From: a virus
Taxonomy: Duplodnaviria > Heunggongvirae > Uroviricota > Caudoviricetes
IMG/VR virus record: IMGVR_UViG_3300017585_000052
DNA length: 64,000 bases
Reading direction: 5' to 3' (one strand)
Of the stretch, positions 24,576-33,803 are shown piece after piece. The notes under the pieces are model-generated. The model ran no database searches, was not told the DNA's origin, and saw nothing but the letters and a program-made list of their open reading frames with translations. The stretch's first letter is position 1; the number at the start of each line of letters is the position of its first letter. The position numbers were made by a program, and so were the translations under genes.

Positions 24576-24749
24576 ATGATTTTCACAAAAGCGAAAATGA
24601 CTCCTTACGAGGAAAAGATGGCTGAGTATCGCAATTCTCAAATCGAGGAACAAGGTTCTCAGATTGAGTATCTTGCTATTATGACCGATGTTGAGTTCCC
24701 TTCTGAGGAAACTACGACTTCTGGCAATGTGGATGAGGTGACTGAATAA
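24576..24749 (+). CDS. hypothetical small protein
   Basis: RBS GGAGGTAGG. TAA stop overlaps the next ATG. Confidence 0.4.
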   Translation: MIFTKAKMTPYEEKMAEYRNSQIEEQGSQIEYLAIMTDVEFPSEETTTSGNVDEVTE

Positions 24750-24904
24750 TGACTGAACTTAGCGCACATGGTATCAAGGTTAAGAAGTATTATGAGGCTG
24801 GCTACTGGAATAAACAGATGGTTTATAATGTAACTACTAAGGGTTACATTACCCCAGAAGAATATGAAATTATCATCGGGGAGCCTTACGCTGCCGCCAA
24901 CTAA
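24749..24904 (+). CDS. XkdX-like small phage protein
   Basis: Sequence ..YYEAGYWNKQMV..KGYITPEEYEIIIGE resembles the PBSX XkdX family. Confidence 0.45.
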   Translation: MTELSAHGIKVKKYYEAGYWNKQMVYNVTTKGYITPEEYEIIIGEPYAAAN

Positions 24905-24924
24905 TCTAAAGATGAATAAAGAAG

Positions 24925-25563
24925 ATGGCTCCAATGTCCGTAATTAAATATAGCGTATCAAAAGACGGCAGCACTGCTCTTTCTGCGAATTTCAAAGTTA
25001 GAGAATTTGCTTGCAATGATGGTTCCGATGAAGTTCTAATTGATTCTGACTTGGTTATCGTCTTGCAAAAAATTCGTGACCACTTCGGAAAGCCGCTAAT
25101 CATAAATTCAGCATACAGAACCTCTGCCTATAATAAAAAAATAGGTGGTTCTTCAAGTTCATACCATGTAAAAGGTATGGCAGCGGACATAAAGATTAGC
25201 GGTGTTTCCGCTGTTGAGTTGGGGCTTTATGCTCAAACTATAACGAATGGTGTAGGTGTGTATTATTATGGCAACACTGAATTTGTTCATGTAGATACAC
25301 GGTCGAGCACTGTGTATTGGTTATGCGCAAAAGCTGGCAAATACGAATATTATCACTCTGCACTAATGCCTACAATTAAACGTGGCGGTAATGTCGGTAA
25401 AACTTCTGCTGTTAAATTTCTCCAAAAGAAACTCGGTATATATGCTGATGGCTCATTTGGGAAATCAACAGAATCTAAAGTAAAAGAATTTCAGAAAGCT
25501 AATGGACTTACTGCTGACGGTATTGTCGGTAAAAATACATGGAACAAATTGTTCTGTGTTTAA
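24925..25563 (+). CDS. endolysin: peptidase M15 domain plus C-terminal peptidoglycan-binding domain
   Basis: M15 motifs FKVREFACNDG..SAYRT..N...GG...SYHVKGMAADI. C-terminus LGIYADGSFG...GLTADGIVG is a PG_binding_1-like repeat. Confidence 0.8.
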   Translation: MAPMSVIKYSVSKDGSTALSANFKVREFACNDGSDEVLIDSDLVIVLQKIRDHFGKPLIINSAYRTSAYNKKIGGSSSSYHVKGMAADIKISGVSAVELGLYAQTITNGVGVYYYGNTEFVHVDTRSSTVYWLCAKAGKYEYYHSALMPTIKRGGNVGKTSAVKFLQKKLGIYADGSFGKSTESKVKEFQKANGLTADGIVGKNTWNKLFCV

Positions 25564-25597
25564 CATTTAGATGTAACGATATAAGAGGTGAACCTAA

Positions 25598-25912
25598 ATG
25601 ACTATTGAAATGTTTTGCACTTTGCTTCTCGGTCTTGGTACTGGTACTACTCTTGTTATTGAGTTCATCAAGAGTTTCCTCGAAAAGACTGGCAAAACTG
25701 TCTCCGCGAGTTCGCTCTCGCTTGTTACTGGCGCTATTGTTGGCGCTGGCGGTATGGTGCTGTATTTCATTATGGCTAATATTGCTTTTACCCCTGCAAA
25801 TCTTATTTGGATTGTCGGCATGGCTATTGCTAATATAATGGGTAGCCAGCTTGGATATGATAAGATTGTCGCAGTAGTCAAACAAATGAGTTCCAAGAAA
25901 GAAGAAGCATAA
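25598..25912 (+). CDS. holin-like membrane protein
   Basis: 104 aa, 2-3 transmembrane helices and a charged C-terminus, immediately after the endolysin. Confidence 0.55.
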   Translation: MTIEMFCTLLLGLGTGTTLVIEFIKSFLEKTGKTVSASSLSLVTGAIVGAGGMVLYFIMANIAFTPANLIWIVGMAIANIMGSQLGYDKIVAVVKQMSSKKEEA

Positions 25913-25973
25913 TATCTAAATATGAAACATATCATATCCTAATATGATTTTTCTTTAGATGCAAAATAAAAAT

Positions 25974-26008
25974 GGGGCTGTCCGAAAGGACAGCCCTTAT
26001 CTTTTTGC
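25974..26008. terminator. bidirectional rho-independent terminator
   Basis: GGGGCTGTCC-GAAA-GGACAGCCC flanked by an A-tract upstream and a T-tract downstream. Sits at the convergence of the plus and minus modules. Confidence 0.7.
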
Positions 26009-26024
26009 GTTTTAATATTTTACA

Positions 26025-26330
26025 TCAAAAATAAAGATTTGAAGTCTCTGGCGGTTCTTCATCTTCGTCAAATGTTGGCGGGTGAGGCCAATTCGTCCAA
26101 TGGGTAATCTTGTCTCTCATATTATCGGAGAATTGATAAAACTCATTCATAAGACACCAACCAATATCTCCATTTCCAAAAATAGGCGGTGTAGGGTTAT
26201 ACCAAGCATCTAATACCATATTATACCAGCGCTCATCTCGTTCAGACCATTCATGCACATTAACTAAGTAATTTCCAGCTTGGTCTGGTAATTTATCTTT
26301 TACGCTTATCCATTCTTGTGTAAATTCCAT
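26025..26330 (-). CDS. DUF551-like hypothetical protein
   Basis: Trp-rich. N-terminus WISVKDKLPDQAGNYLV parallels the neighbouring ORF. Confidence 0.5.
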   Translation of the reverse strand: MEFTQEWISVKDKLPDQAGNYLVNVHEWSERDERWYNMVLDAWYNPTPPIFGNGDIGWCLMNEFYQFSDNMRDKITHWTNWPHPPTFDEDEEPPETSNLYF

Positions 26331-26331
26331 A

Positions 26332-26880
26332 TTATATTAACCTCCATTCTTTACCTTCTTCTACCGAAAGTATTGGCGCATAGTAAAGTTCATTTTCTAT
26401 TGTTATACGAAGGTCAAAATTGCGAGGAAAAGCAACTTTTTCTAAATTATATATCGGAACTCTAATTCTTTGATAGGTTGTTGCGATAGGCAATACTTCA
26501 TGATTTAGAATTTGATTAAATTTAATGCCGTAATCTCCAATAACTTCCTTTAGAGATACATCGCATTTCTGAGTGCTTGAAAGAAAGTCATCATACGTTT
26601 CAAATCTAATCATCAAAGGCAGCAATCCTTTGCCTTTTTCGATGACCGTAAATTTCTTCGCGAGCTTTTCAGGTTGCGGAACTGGCATCCAGAATCTGAC
26701 GCACCCTTTATTTCTTGGAGTCTCAACAGACCAACCTGATTTAGCATAATATTTTGAGAACATAATATCGTTGGCTTTTTCTTTGGAAGAAGAACTGCCA
26801 GCAATATATTCTGGCGCATATACTAAATACCAACCATTTTCTGTTGGCAATCTATCAGTAACAGAAATAAACTCGTCCAT
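26332..26880 (-). CDS. DUF551-like hypothetical protein (paralog)
   Basis: N-terminus FISVTDRLPTENGWYLV. Confidence 0.5.
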   Translation of the reverse strand: MDEFISVTDRLPTENGWYLVYAPEYIAGSSSSKEKANDIMFSKYYAKSGWSVETPRNKGCVRFWMPVPQPEKLAKKFTVIEKGKGLLPLMIRFETYDDFLSSTQKCDVSLKEVIGDYGIKFNQILNHEVLPIATTYQRIRVPIYNLEKVAFPRNFDLRITIENELYYAPILSVEEGKEWRLI

Positions 26881-26899
26881 TAGCTCTTATCTCCTTGTT

Positions 26900-27103
26900 T
26901 TATTTTGGCTTATATTGAGAACAATGTTTATGCGAAAAATGAAACACATCTTGTTGTAATTCTTCTCCGTAGAAATAGTATCTGTTCGGGCAACTACATT
27001 GATATTTATACTTCTTAGGAGCCGCTAAATCTATATCGAAACAATTATAAATCACAAGATAACGACATCGTTCGCAATCATATATTGGCTCGAAATCATT
27101 CAT
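26900..27103 (-). CDS. Cys-rich small protein (zinc-ribbon-like)
   Basis: CxxC...CSCP pattern. Confidence 0.4.
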   Translation of the reverse strand: MNDFEPIYDCERCRYLVIYNCFDIDLAAPKKYKYQCSCPNRYYFYGEELQQDVFHFSHKHCSQYKPK

Positions 27104-27209
27104 TATAGCAATCCCCAGAGTAAAAATAATAGTTATGTCCAGCTTGCGTTCCGCGTTCTTGTGGCTGCGATGTAGCTGGGAACCAATTTAATTCCATTTA
27201 GATGTCCCC

Positions 27210-27920
27210 TTATTTAATCGCGTAGTCAATAGCTTGTTGTTTATCTAAGAAGAAATGAATACCATGAGCACAGATATGCCCAAATGACGGCTCAAAACTA
27301 TCTGCATAAATCCATCGGCCTACTTTGTACTCTGTTTCTTCCCCTGTGCATTTCGGATGTCTCGGAATTACAGCACTATAACCAACAGATTCCTCATTTC
27401 CTGTCTTAATATCATTGATACTTAAAACTTTTACCTTGTCGGCTCTGCATTTCTGACAATTACCAGAAGCACGTTTGGCATTTTCTGGAATATAAAGTTT
27501 TGCTACAAGCTCCCTATTGTCTTTGCTTATAATCTTTTTATACGCGATAAATGAACCTTCTGTCGGACAACTCATATAGCCTTTAACACATTCTCCAACG
27601 CAGTTATAGAATTTACAAGGCTTACGAAACTCAGTGAAAATATTATAGTTGTTTATATTGCTATTAAACTGGCATCCGTCAAACGTACAATGTTCAAATA
27701 CGAAACGTATTTTGACATCATTACTAAGTCCAGATTCTGTGCGTATTTTCTTTCCGAAGTCCTCTCCTATTAGTGCGTTCTCAAAGTAACAATACTTTGA
27801 CTTAATAAGTATTGTATCGGTACGTCTATTCTGCCACACGTCTTTCCGTATATGGTATTTGACATGAATAGCAATATTATATAGAGATAGGCACTTGAAT
27901 GAGTATTCTAAGACAATCAT
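27210..27920 (-). CDS. hypothetical protein
   Basis: Intact ORF, Cys-rich. Confidence 0.5.
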   Translation of the reverse strand: MIVLEYSFKCLSLYNIAIHVKYHIRKDVWQNRRTDTILIKSKYCYFENALIGEDFGKKIRTESGLSNDVKIRFVFEHCTFDGCQFNSNINNYNIFTEFRKPCKFYNCVGECVKGYMSCPTEGSFIAYKKIISKDNRELVAKLYIPENAKRASGNCQKCRADKVKVLSINDIKTGNEESVGYSAVIPRHPKCTGEETEYKVGRWIYADSFEPSFGHICAHGIHFFLDKQQAIDYAIK

Positions 27921-28264
27921 TATTTCTGTTCCTCTTTATTTACGGCGCACTCTCTGAGTAACCCTTTGAATTTTGCTAATTCTTTCCTGAGCGCTTTTGT
28001 ATCTCTTAGATTATAAAACTGTCCTACTCTGCTATCTATTACTACGTTACCAGTATTAAAGGTTAAAATATGGTATGTTACAGAAGTCTTATATCCAGCT
28101 TCAACCATATAATTCTGTACAATATTAGTATATAGCATATTGCAATTATCTAAAGCCTCATAGAAATCAGCCATGCACTTTATATTGTAATCTAAAGAAT
28201 AATTGTGAACGCCGTCATCTATATGAAGATGGCATATAACATGATTTGCTTCAATTCTCGTCAT
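27920..28264 (-). CDS. hypothetical protein
   Basis: Intact ORF, translationally coupled to its neighbours. Confidence 0.5.
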   Translation of the reverse strand: MTRIEANHVICHLHIDDGVHNYSLDYNIKCMADFYEALDNCNMLYTNIVQNYMVEAGYKTSVTYHILTFNTGNVVIDSRVGQFYNLRDTKALRKELAKFKGLLRECAVNKEEQK

Positions 28265-28463
28265 AAGCCACCATATTCACACAAGGCCTAATCAAAGCCA
28301 GAATAATCACGACAATCGCCACAAAGAAAGTTATCACAATGGGAATCCATAGCGGCGACAACACCCATATCCAAGTCCAGCTAATAGCTCCAAATGTTTT
28401 CAACATTGTAAACACTGCCGTCAGAGCTACACACAGAATAAATAGTTTTGTTTCTTTTTTCAT
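28251..28463 (-). CDS. small membrane protein
   Basis: Two transmembrane helices with a WTWIWVLSPLW motif. Paralog of the next gene. Confidence 0.5.
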   Translation of the reverse strand: MKKETKLFILCVALTAVFTMLKTFGAISWTWIWVLSPLWIPIVITFFVAIVVIILALIRPCVNMVAYDEN

Positions 28464-28678
28464 TTAGATTCCTCTTGTTTATTTAACCAGTTATCCAAAA
28501 TAAGAATTACAACAATAATAAGAATGCCCACAATAATTCCAATCCAAGTAGGAGCGAGAACCCAAACCCAAGGCCAATCAATAACGCCAATAAGTTTCAA
28601 TACAACAAATATAAGGGTGAGAGTTTCGCAAAACCCAATTCCACCACTCGAACTATTACCGTTACTATTCTTACTCAC
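28460..28678 (-). CDS. small membrane protein (tandem paralog)
   Basis: WPWVWVLAPTW motif. Ends EESK* with ATGA overlap. Confidence 0.5.
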   Translation of the reverse strand: MSKNSNGNSSSGGIGFCETLTLIFVVLKLIGVIDWPWVWVLAPTWIGIIVGILIIVVILILDNWLNKQEESK

Positions 28679-28689
28679 AAAATCTCTCC

Positions 28690-29190
28690 TTATAGTTTAA
28701 TTTCAACTGTACAAATTGTATCATTTCTTGAACCGCCATGAGGCACAAGTAAAATTCTCGTCATTTCAAATCCACGAGTTTTACCAATCCCCATAGAGTT
28801 CCAGCCAAAACAGATAACTTTTCCATTTGGCTTTACGATACGCGCAATTTCATTTTTGGTATTAGACCAAAATGTAGTTCTGCCGTCCCATCTCATGCTC
28901 TTATCAATGCCGTCATAACATTCACGAAGCTGACGAGGTGAATAAGGTGGGTCGTATAGAACACCATCGACAGAGTTATCTTTGAACATTTTAAGAAATT
29001 CCAGAGCATCTAAATGATAATTTGTTGGGGCTTCTGGATTAAGGTCATTCGTAATACTTGCTGGCGAATTTCTTCCAGCGAACGGGTCAATCCACAGACC
29101 TTTTGTTAATTCCTCTGAGATAAGCTCTGAGATTGGTTTTATCGTAAAAGTCCATTTGTTCGGCATAGCCCATTTGCGTTCTATTATCAT
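28690..29190 (-). CDS. DNA methyltransferase (N6-A/N4-C, DPPY type)
   Basis: Motif I IDPFAGRNS and motif IV LYDPPYSP. Confidence 0.7.
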   Translation of the reverse strand: MIIERKWAMPNKWTFTIKPISELISEELTKGLWIDPFAGRNSPASITNDLNPEAPTNYHLDALEFLKMFKDNSVDGVLYDPPYSPRQLRECYDGIDKSMRWDGRTTFWSNTKNEIARIVKPNGKVICFGWNSMGIGKTRGFEMTRILLVPHGGSRNDTICTVEIKL

Positions 29191-29353
29191 TTAGTGCGCT
29201 CCAATCTCCAATTAAAACGACATGGCGTGCTGGTTCCTTAATTGGTTCAGTTTTTCCAACAATTATATAATTATGCCCATTTATTTGTATTGTGTCCCCA
29301 AGTTTCCCTCTTATGTTTCTGAAATATATGACACCGCGTTCTTCGTCATTCAT
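29087..29353 (-). CDS. hypothetical protein overlapping the methyltransferase start
   Basis: 88-aa ORF in a different frame, overlapping about 100 nt. Coding status uncertain. Confidence 0.3.
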   Translation of the reverse strand: MNDEERGVIYFRNIRGKLGDTIQINGHNYIIVGKTEPIKEPARHVVLIGDWSALNDNRTQMGYAEQMDFYDKTNLRAYLRGINKRSVD

Positions 29354-29355
29354 AT

Positions 29356-31140
29356 CTATTCCTCCGTCACTTCATACCCAATGAATCTGAAATTACGATT
29401 TACCCAACCATCTTTAGGAAATCTACTCCATACAGTCGCCATATATTCTTTAATATCTGGACGCTTATCAAATATTTCCGTTGAAATAGCACAATGTATG
29501 AGGTTGTCTTTTCCATTAAAAGAGATAGCCTTTACTAACGAGATGCCTAAAATTGATTTAGTTTTTAGGCAATTTACAATACGGTCATTACATTCGGCCT
29601 TTCTAAACCAAATTTTAGCAAATTTATATTCATATTGCGCAAGGGAATGATATTTACAGCATAAGATATATACATAATACGAATAAGCTCCAATGTTATT
29701 TTTGTCATCAGGAAAACGGTACAATATATGAGTAGCAAATCTGTACGGCGTTATTTCGTCTATCGTGTGCCTATTTGGGACGAGCTTTGAATCCGAATAC
29801 AGCTTTGATTTATTATATACTCTTAGTTTTCTGTATATCTGGTTAGATAGCATCCGTAAGCGAATTGTCTTGTCCCTGTCAATCAATACTGTATTGCTTA
29901 GGGGGTTAAGCACTGCATACTCGTCATAGCTTGTAAATAATGGTGTTTTGTTTAGCTTTATATACGGTTTGCCGTTTTTACTCCCCGCTTTTACAACAAG
30001 ATTTTCAGAATCATAACCCAAGCTATTGCTAACTGATTTTCTGCGAAATTGCCTTGCTTTTAACCCGATAGATATATCAATCAATTCTTGTTCAGATAAA
30101 TCGAATGTGCCCATTGGGACAAAGTATTCAAGGCCATTGTTATTTAAGAAATTATCGACAGCGTGGAAATAAATATACTTCTCTTGCTCGGTTATCTTTG
30201 GAAATTGATATAATTTTTCGTCAGATTCATATACAGTAATTGCTTCTTCGTCTATCAAGGAGTCTATTTTAGTTTTTCTTGTCGGATATGGCTTTCCTAT
30301 ATATTCTATTGTTGGTTTTCTTTTCTTTTCTTTTCTTGGAGCGCAAGGTTCTTTTTCGATACTCTCTTGAATCCATTGAGAGGCTATGTGTTCTCCCTCG
30401 TTGTTATATTTATTTAGTTTGCTTTTGATTATTTCACATAGTTTTTTATAATTTTCTTCCTCATAACTAAAGATATTAGTATTTACACGCAAACCAGTTA
30501 CATAGCTTTTGCCATCTATTTCTACACCCATAGCCTTATCGAAAAGCATCACTCCGTTTGGAGTATAACGCATACCGAACAAATTTTCAAGGATTTCACT
30601 TTCCATAACGCCGTTTTTCGTGTCAGGGTAATCACGAGACTCTATTTCGCGGTTCCCCGTGTCGAAGAATTGTTTAATCACGGTAAAATAAACCTGACGT
30701 TCGATTTCACTCATTTGTGGAATAAAAAATTCCTCTATGTCATACCGTCCGCGCTTTAACCCCGTATCTTGTTTGACTTTTTGCTTGTCAGCTTTTTGGG
30801 GTTTATTTGCGCTTTGCCGCCTTATAGCTGGCAACACAAAATCTTCCTCTTTGTATTCCAGCCATTCATATTCTGACTCGTCAATTTTGGCGGTCATTTC
30901 GCAGTCGTATTTGTCCGCTACATTAAGACGTGGTTTCCACTTGTTAATGTAATATAACTCACAAAATCTCGTCATTAGAGGATTGTCAAGTATAATATAC
31001 TCTACATGGGCGTTTAGATTTTGGAATTTCGCTTCTGGTTTATGCTGATTGATTCTATTGATTAAATTAGTGTCGTTTTTGCCGACATACAATATTTCGC
31101 CTGTGTCGTTATCAACATACCTATAAACATAGTGTCCCAT
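29356..31140 (-). CDS. GIY-YIG domain protein (large; possible homing-endonuclease-like)
   Basis: N-terminus YVYRYVDNDTGEILYVGKN...R..H fits GIY-YIG. Annotated stop is TAG followed by 2 codons then TGA. Confidence 0.55.
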   Translation of the reverse strand: MGHYVYRYVDNDTGEILYVGKNDTNLINRINQHKPEAKFQNLNAHVEYIILDNPLMTRFCELYYINKWKPRLNVADKYDCEMTAKIDESEYEWLEYKEEDFVLPAIRRQSANKPQKADKQKVKQDTGLKRGRYDIEEFFIPQMSEIERQVYFTVIKQFFDTGNREIESRDYPDTKNGVMESEILENLFGMRYTPNGVMLFDKAMGVEIDGKSYVTGLRVNTNIFSYEEENYKKLCEIIKSKLNKYNNEGEHIASQWIQESIEKEPCAPRKEKKRKPTIEYIGKPYPTRKTKIDSLIDEEAITVYESDEKLYQFPKITEQEKYIYFHAVDNFLNNNGLEYFVPMGTFDLSEQELIDISIGLKARQFRRKSVSNSLGYDSENLVVKAGSKNGKPYIKLNKTPLFTSYDEYAVLNPLSNTVLIDRDKTIRLRMLSNQIYRKLRVYNKSKLYSDSKLVPNRHTIDEITPYRFATHILYRFPDDKNNIGAYSYYVYILCCKYHSLAQYEYKFAKIWFRKAECNDRIVNCLKTKSILGISLVKAISFNGKDNLIHCAISTEIFDKRPDIKEYMATVWSRFPKDGWVNRNFRFIGYEVTEE

Positions 31141-31171
31141 ATCTTACCGCCCCCTCTATACCTATTATAAC

Positions 31172-31207
31172 ACAAAAACACCCGAAAGTCAAGTGCTTTC
31201 GGGTGAA
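31172..31207 (-). terminator. rho-independent terminator
   Basis: CACCCGAAAG..ACTTGAC..CTTTCGGGTG followed by a T-run in minus orientation. Confidence 0.55.
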
Positions 31208-31216
31208 AAATGTAAA

Positions 31217-31492
31217 TTATTTTTTAACCACTTTGGCTAATTTTTGAGTTTTCTTCTTTGCTCTCTTTTTGCTGATAGGGGAATTAGGGTCTAAATATAA
31301 GAGCTTTGAATACTCTCTGTACTTTTTCCTTATTCCTCTTTCGGTGATAGGAGCGCGGCGTATTTCTTCGCCCTCTCTTATGTAATAGAATCCATAGTAG
31401 AAAAGGTAAGATTTGCCATCACACACAATCTAAAACAAGTTTGTTTCATTCCGTATGATTACATAGCCTTTATCCAACTTAGATTGCGGCAT
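31217..31492 (-). CDS. small GIY-YIG nuclease-like protein
   Basis: N-terminal extension through an in-frame TAG at plus-strand 31430-31432 gives MPQSKLDKGYVIIRNETNLF(Q)IVCDGKSYLFYYGF, a GIY..YIG pattern. Basic C-terminus. Confidence 0.45.
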
Positions 31493-31547
31493 TATGCTCT
31501 CTATGAATCCTATAATGTTTCGAGGCAAGCAAAGCTCAACTCTTATC

Positions 31548-32441
31548 TCATTCTCCTGAGACATTTGCAATTACCGTATCTGCGCCAGAAACAGTTACCC
31601 AACCATGAGCAAGACGGGCTTCTGCCTCTTTCATATCAATAAGCTCCTGAGTGATAGATTCAGACAGCTTTTTGTTGGCCTCTGCCTCGGCCTCTGCCTC
31701 GATACGTTTAACCTCCGCTTCTGCCTCTGCTTCGATAATCTTAACATCAGCCGTTGCTTGGGCTTTTGCCTTTTCAGTCTCAGCCTGTGCAAGCGCAGTC
31801 TTGGTATTCAGTTCGGCGGTTTCGGCCTCTTGCTTTGCCTGTGCTTTGGCCTGAATCTTTTCAAGAACGGTAGCGTCAGGAGTTGCGTCAATAATGAGTG
31901 CGCTGCTTACATTGATACCGTATTCAGAACTTAACTTGTTATTTAGATATTCAGTGATTGCGGCGTTCACTTCTGCACGATTTTCAAGATAAATCTCGCT
32001 CACTGTATAGCGCTGCAAAACTTCTTTAGTATAAGCGATAATATCATTCTGGATATAAGATTCCATAAGAGTAGCACCGCTCATGCCGTTGAACTTACTG
32101 TAAAGTTCTACAACACGGTCAGGCATAAAGTTATAATTTACTGTTAGATTGATGGAAATAATCCCGTCATTTGCAGTAGCGTCAATATGCCAATCTTGAT
32201 GCTCTTTTTCGTTATAGTCAGCAGGGTCATCCGAGAATACGATACGCTGTTGACTAATCGGGAAAGTAGAAACGTGCTTCAAAGGCGACATGAAGTGCCA
32301 ACCCTGACTAAGCGTAGTCTGCTCAACTCCCTGCGCCGAATAAACAACGCCAACATAGCCAACAGGAACGCGCTCAAAGCAGAATAGGACAATAAACAGT
32401 GCGATAATAGCGGCAACAATGCCGCCAATGATTTTCTTCAT
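31548..32441 (-). CDS. SPFH/band-7 (prohibitin/HflC-like) membrane protein with EA-repeat coiled coil
   Basis: N-terminal transmembrane helix, an SPFH-like core, then AEAEAEVKRIEAEAEAEA repeats encoded by a tandem nucleotide repeat at 31650-31800. Confidence 0.65.
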   Translation of the reverse strand: MKKIIGGIVAAIIALFIVLFCFERVPVGYVGVVYSAQGVEQTTLSQGWHFMSPLKHVSTFPISQQRIVFSDDPADYNEKEHQDWHIDATANDGIISINLTVNYNFMPDRVVELYSKFNGMSGATLMESYIQNDIIAYTKEVLQRYTVSEIYLENRAEVNAAITEYLNNKLSSEYGINVSSALIIDATPDATVLEKIQAKAQAKQEAETAELNTKTALAQAETEKAKAQATADVKIIEAEAEAEVKRIEAEAEAEANKKLSESITQELIDMKEAEARLAHGWVTVSGADTVIANVSGE

Positions 32442-32458
32442 TTTTTTAGATTACCTCA

Positions 32459-32755
32459 TTAGCCACAGCAAACACTAACAAACTCGTTGTTTTTCCTCAC
32501 AAGCTCAATTACAGCATCGTAGTTCTCGTTAATCTTGCCGTTATACTCAATGCAGACAAACGGTGTTTTTACATGAATATGATTTACCTCGCCAGTTGCG
32601 TGGATAAACTTGTATTCATCCGCAGTAAAATCACCAACACCATTTACAGCAAGCAATGGACTTGAAATATTATTGTTGCCATAGTTTGGCATAATAACAA
32701 CAGGAGCATTTTGGTCGCATTGTTCCAAAAGTTCTACAAGCTCATTAACAAACAT
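32459..32755 (-). CDS. hypothetical protein
   Basis: Intact ORF; SD + ATCTAAA spacer at start. Confidence 0.45.
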   Translation of the reverse strand: MFVNELVELLEQCDQNAPVVIMPNYGNNNISSPLLAVNGVGDFTADEYKFIHATGEVNHIHVKTPFVCIEYNGKINENYDAVIELVRKNNEFVSVCCG

Positions 32756-32810
32756 ATAATTTTTCTCCTTATAATTATTTATTACAAATACTTCTGCAAG
32801 TAATTGCTTC

Positions 32811-33041
32811 TTATTCTGCTAAACACCATTGACCATCTTTATCTCTCTCATATAATCCATATGGGAAAGTCGCACCATCTACGAACATCTCTGCATTTGG
32901 AGCAGTCGAGTCAACCCAATCTAAAAGGACACAATCATCTCCCGCTCTTACATAACAGCAATCTTCACAGCCAATACTTGCATTATAGAGGGCTGCGAAT
33001 TGTTCTGCATTATCTGGTGTCAGTCTAAAAAATTGCCTCAT
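32811..33041 (-). CDS. hypothetical protein
   Basis: Intact ORF. Confidence 0.4.
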   Translation of the reverse strand: MRQFFRLTPDNAEQFAALYNASIGCEDCCYVRAGDDCVLLDWVDSTAPNAEMFVDGATFPYGLYERDKDGQWCLAE

Positions 33042-33403
33042 CTCTCTTGAACACTTTCTTTTAGATTTTTTAAGTCTTTGCGCTCTTTATAGGTATGAGC
33101 AAATCCTCTACAAGAATCAATATATTTAATCACATACTCTTTATTGTGTAGAGGTAGCGGACTTCCAGTAGTAAACTTATTATTGTCTATTAGATAACAA
33201 GGATAAAGGCTATCGACTAACGGAGCGTCAAGCCTGACTTTATCTGACATATAAATGTTCATTACTTGCCTTGCATCATCAGGAGATTCAATCTTCAAGA
33301 TTCTTGAAATTCCCCGATTAACATAAACTGGCTCAAAGTATTTCATATTATTTCCTCTCAAAATGGTCTTGCCCAAAATAATATATAATAGCCCAAATAA
33401 CAA
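33038..33403 (-). CDS. hypothetical protein
   Basis: Intact ORF with ATGA overlap. Confidence 0.45.
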   Translation of the reverse strand: MLFGLLYIILGKTILRGNNMKYFEPVYVNRGISRILKIESPDDARQVMNIYMSDKVRLDAPLVDSLYPCYLIDNNKFTTGSPLPLHNKEYVIKYIDSCRGFAHTYKERKDLKNLKESVQER

Positions 33404-33438
33404 GAAATAGGACTATATATTGTTTTAGAAAACTCATA

Positions 33439-33642
33439 TTATAAATCCTCTTTGCTGAAATCCATTAGTGTGTGAGTTTTATACCAATCCAATTCTTGTG
33501 ATTTATAATCTTTGTTTATTTCGCATACGGTTTCAAAATGTATCTCTTTGCCTTGCATGGCTTGAATAATGCCAAATCTCAAAGCCCACCATCTATCTAA
33601 AAAGTCGTTATACTCGTTACCATAATGAACTCTCTCAACCAC
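33439..33642 (-). CDS. hypothetical protein
   Basis: Intact ORF. Confidence 0.4.
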   Translation of the reverse strand: MVERVHYGNEYNDFLDRWWALRFGIIQAMQGKEIHFETVCEINKDYKSQELDWYKTHTLMDFSKEDL

Positions 33643-33803
33643 ACAAACTTTACTATAATCCTCTAATATTCTATTTATAAGGTCTGTAAAACTTTCGTCA
33701 TATTTCTCCGTCTGACTCTCTCCTTTACAATATTATTATGGTACGAACGCCGCGCCATGCCAAGTTGCAAAGCCCAATCTTTAGGTTTCATATTAACATT
33801 TCC

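Noticed and set aside
31650-31800. A possible CRISPR array, from the short tandem repeats GCCTCTGCCTCG.
   Set aside because: The repeat is in-frame coding sequence (EA repeats) of the SPFH gene, with no spacers and no cas genes.
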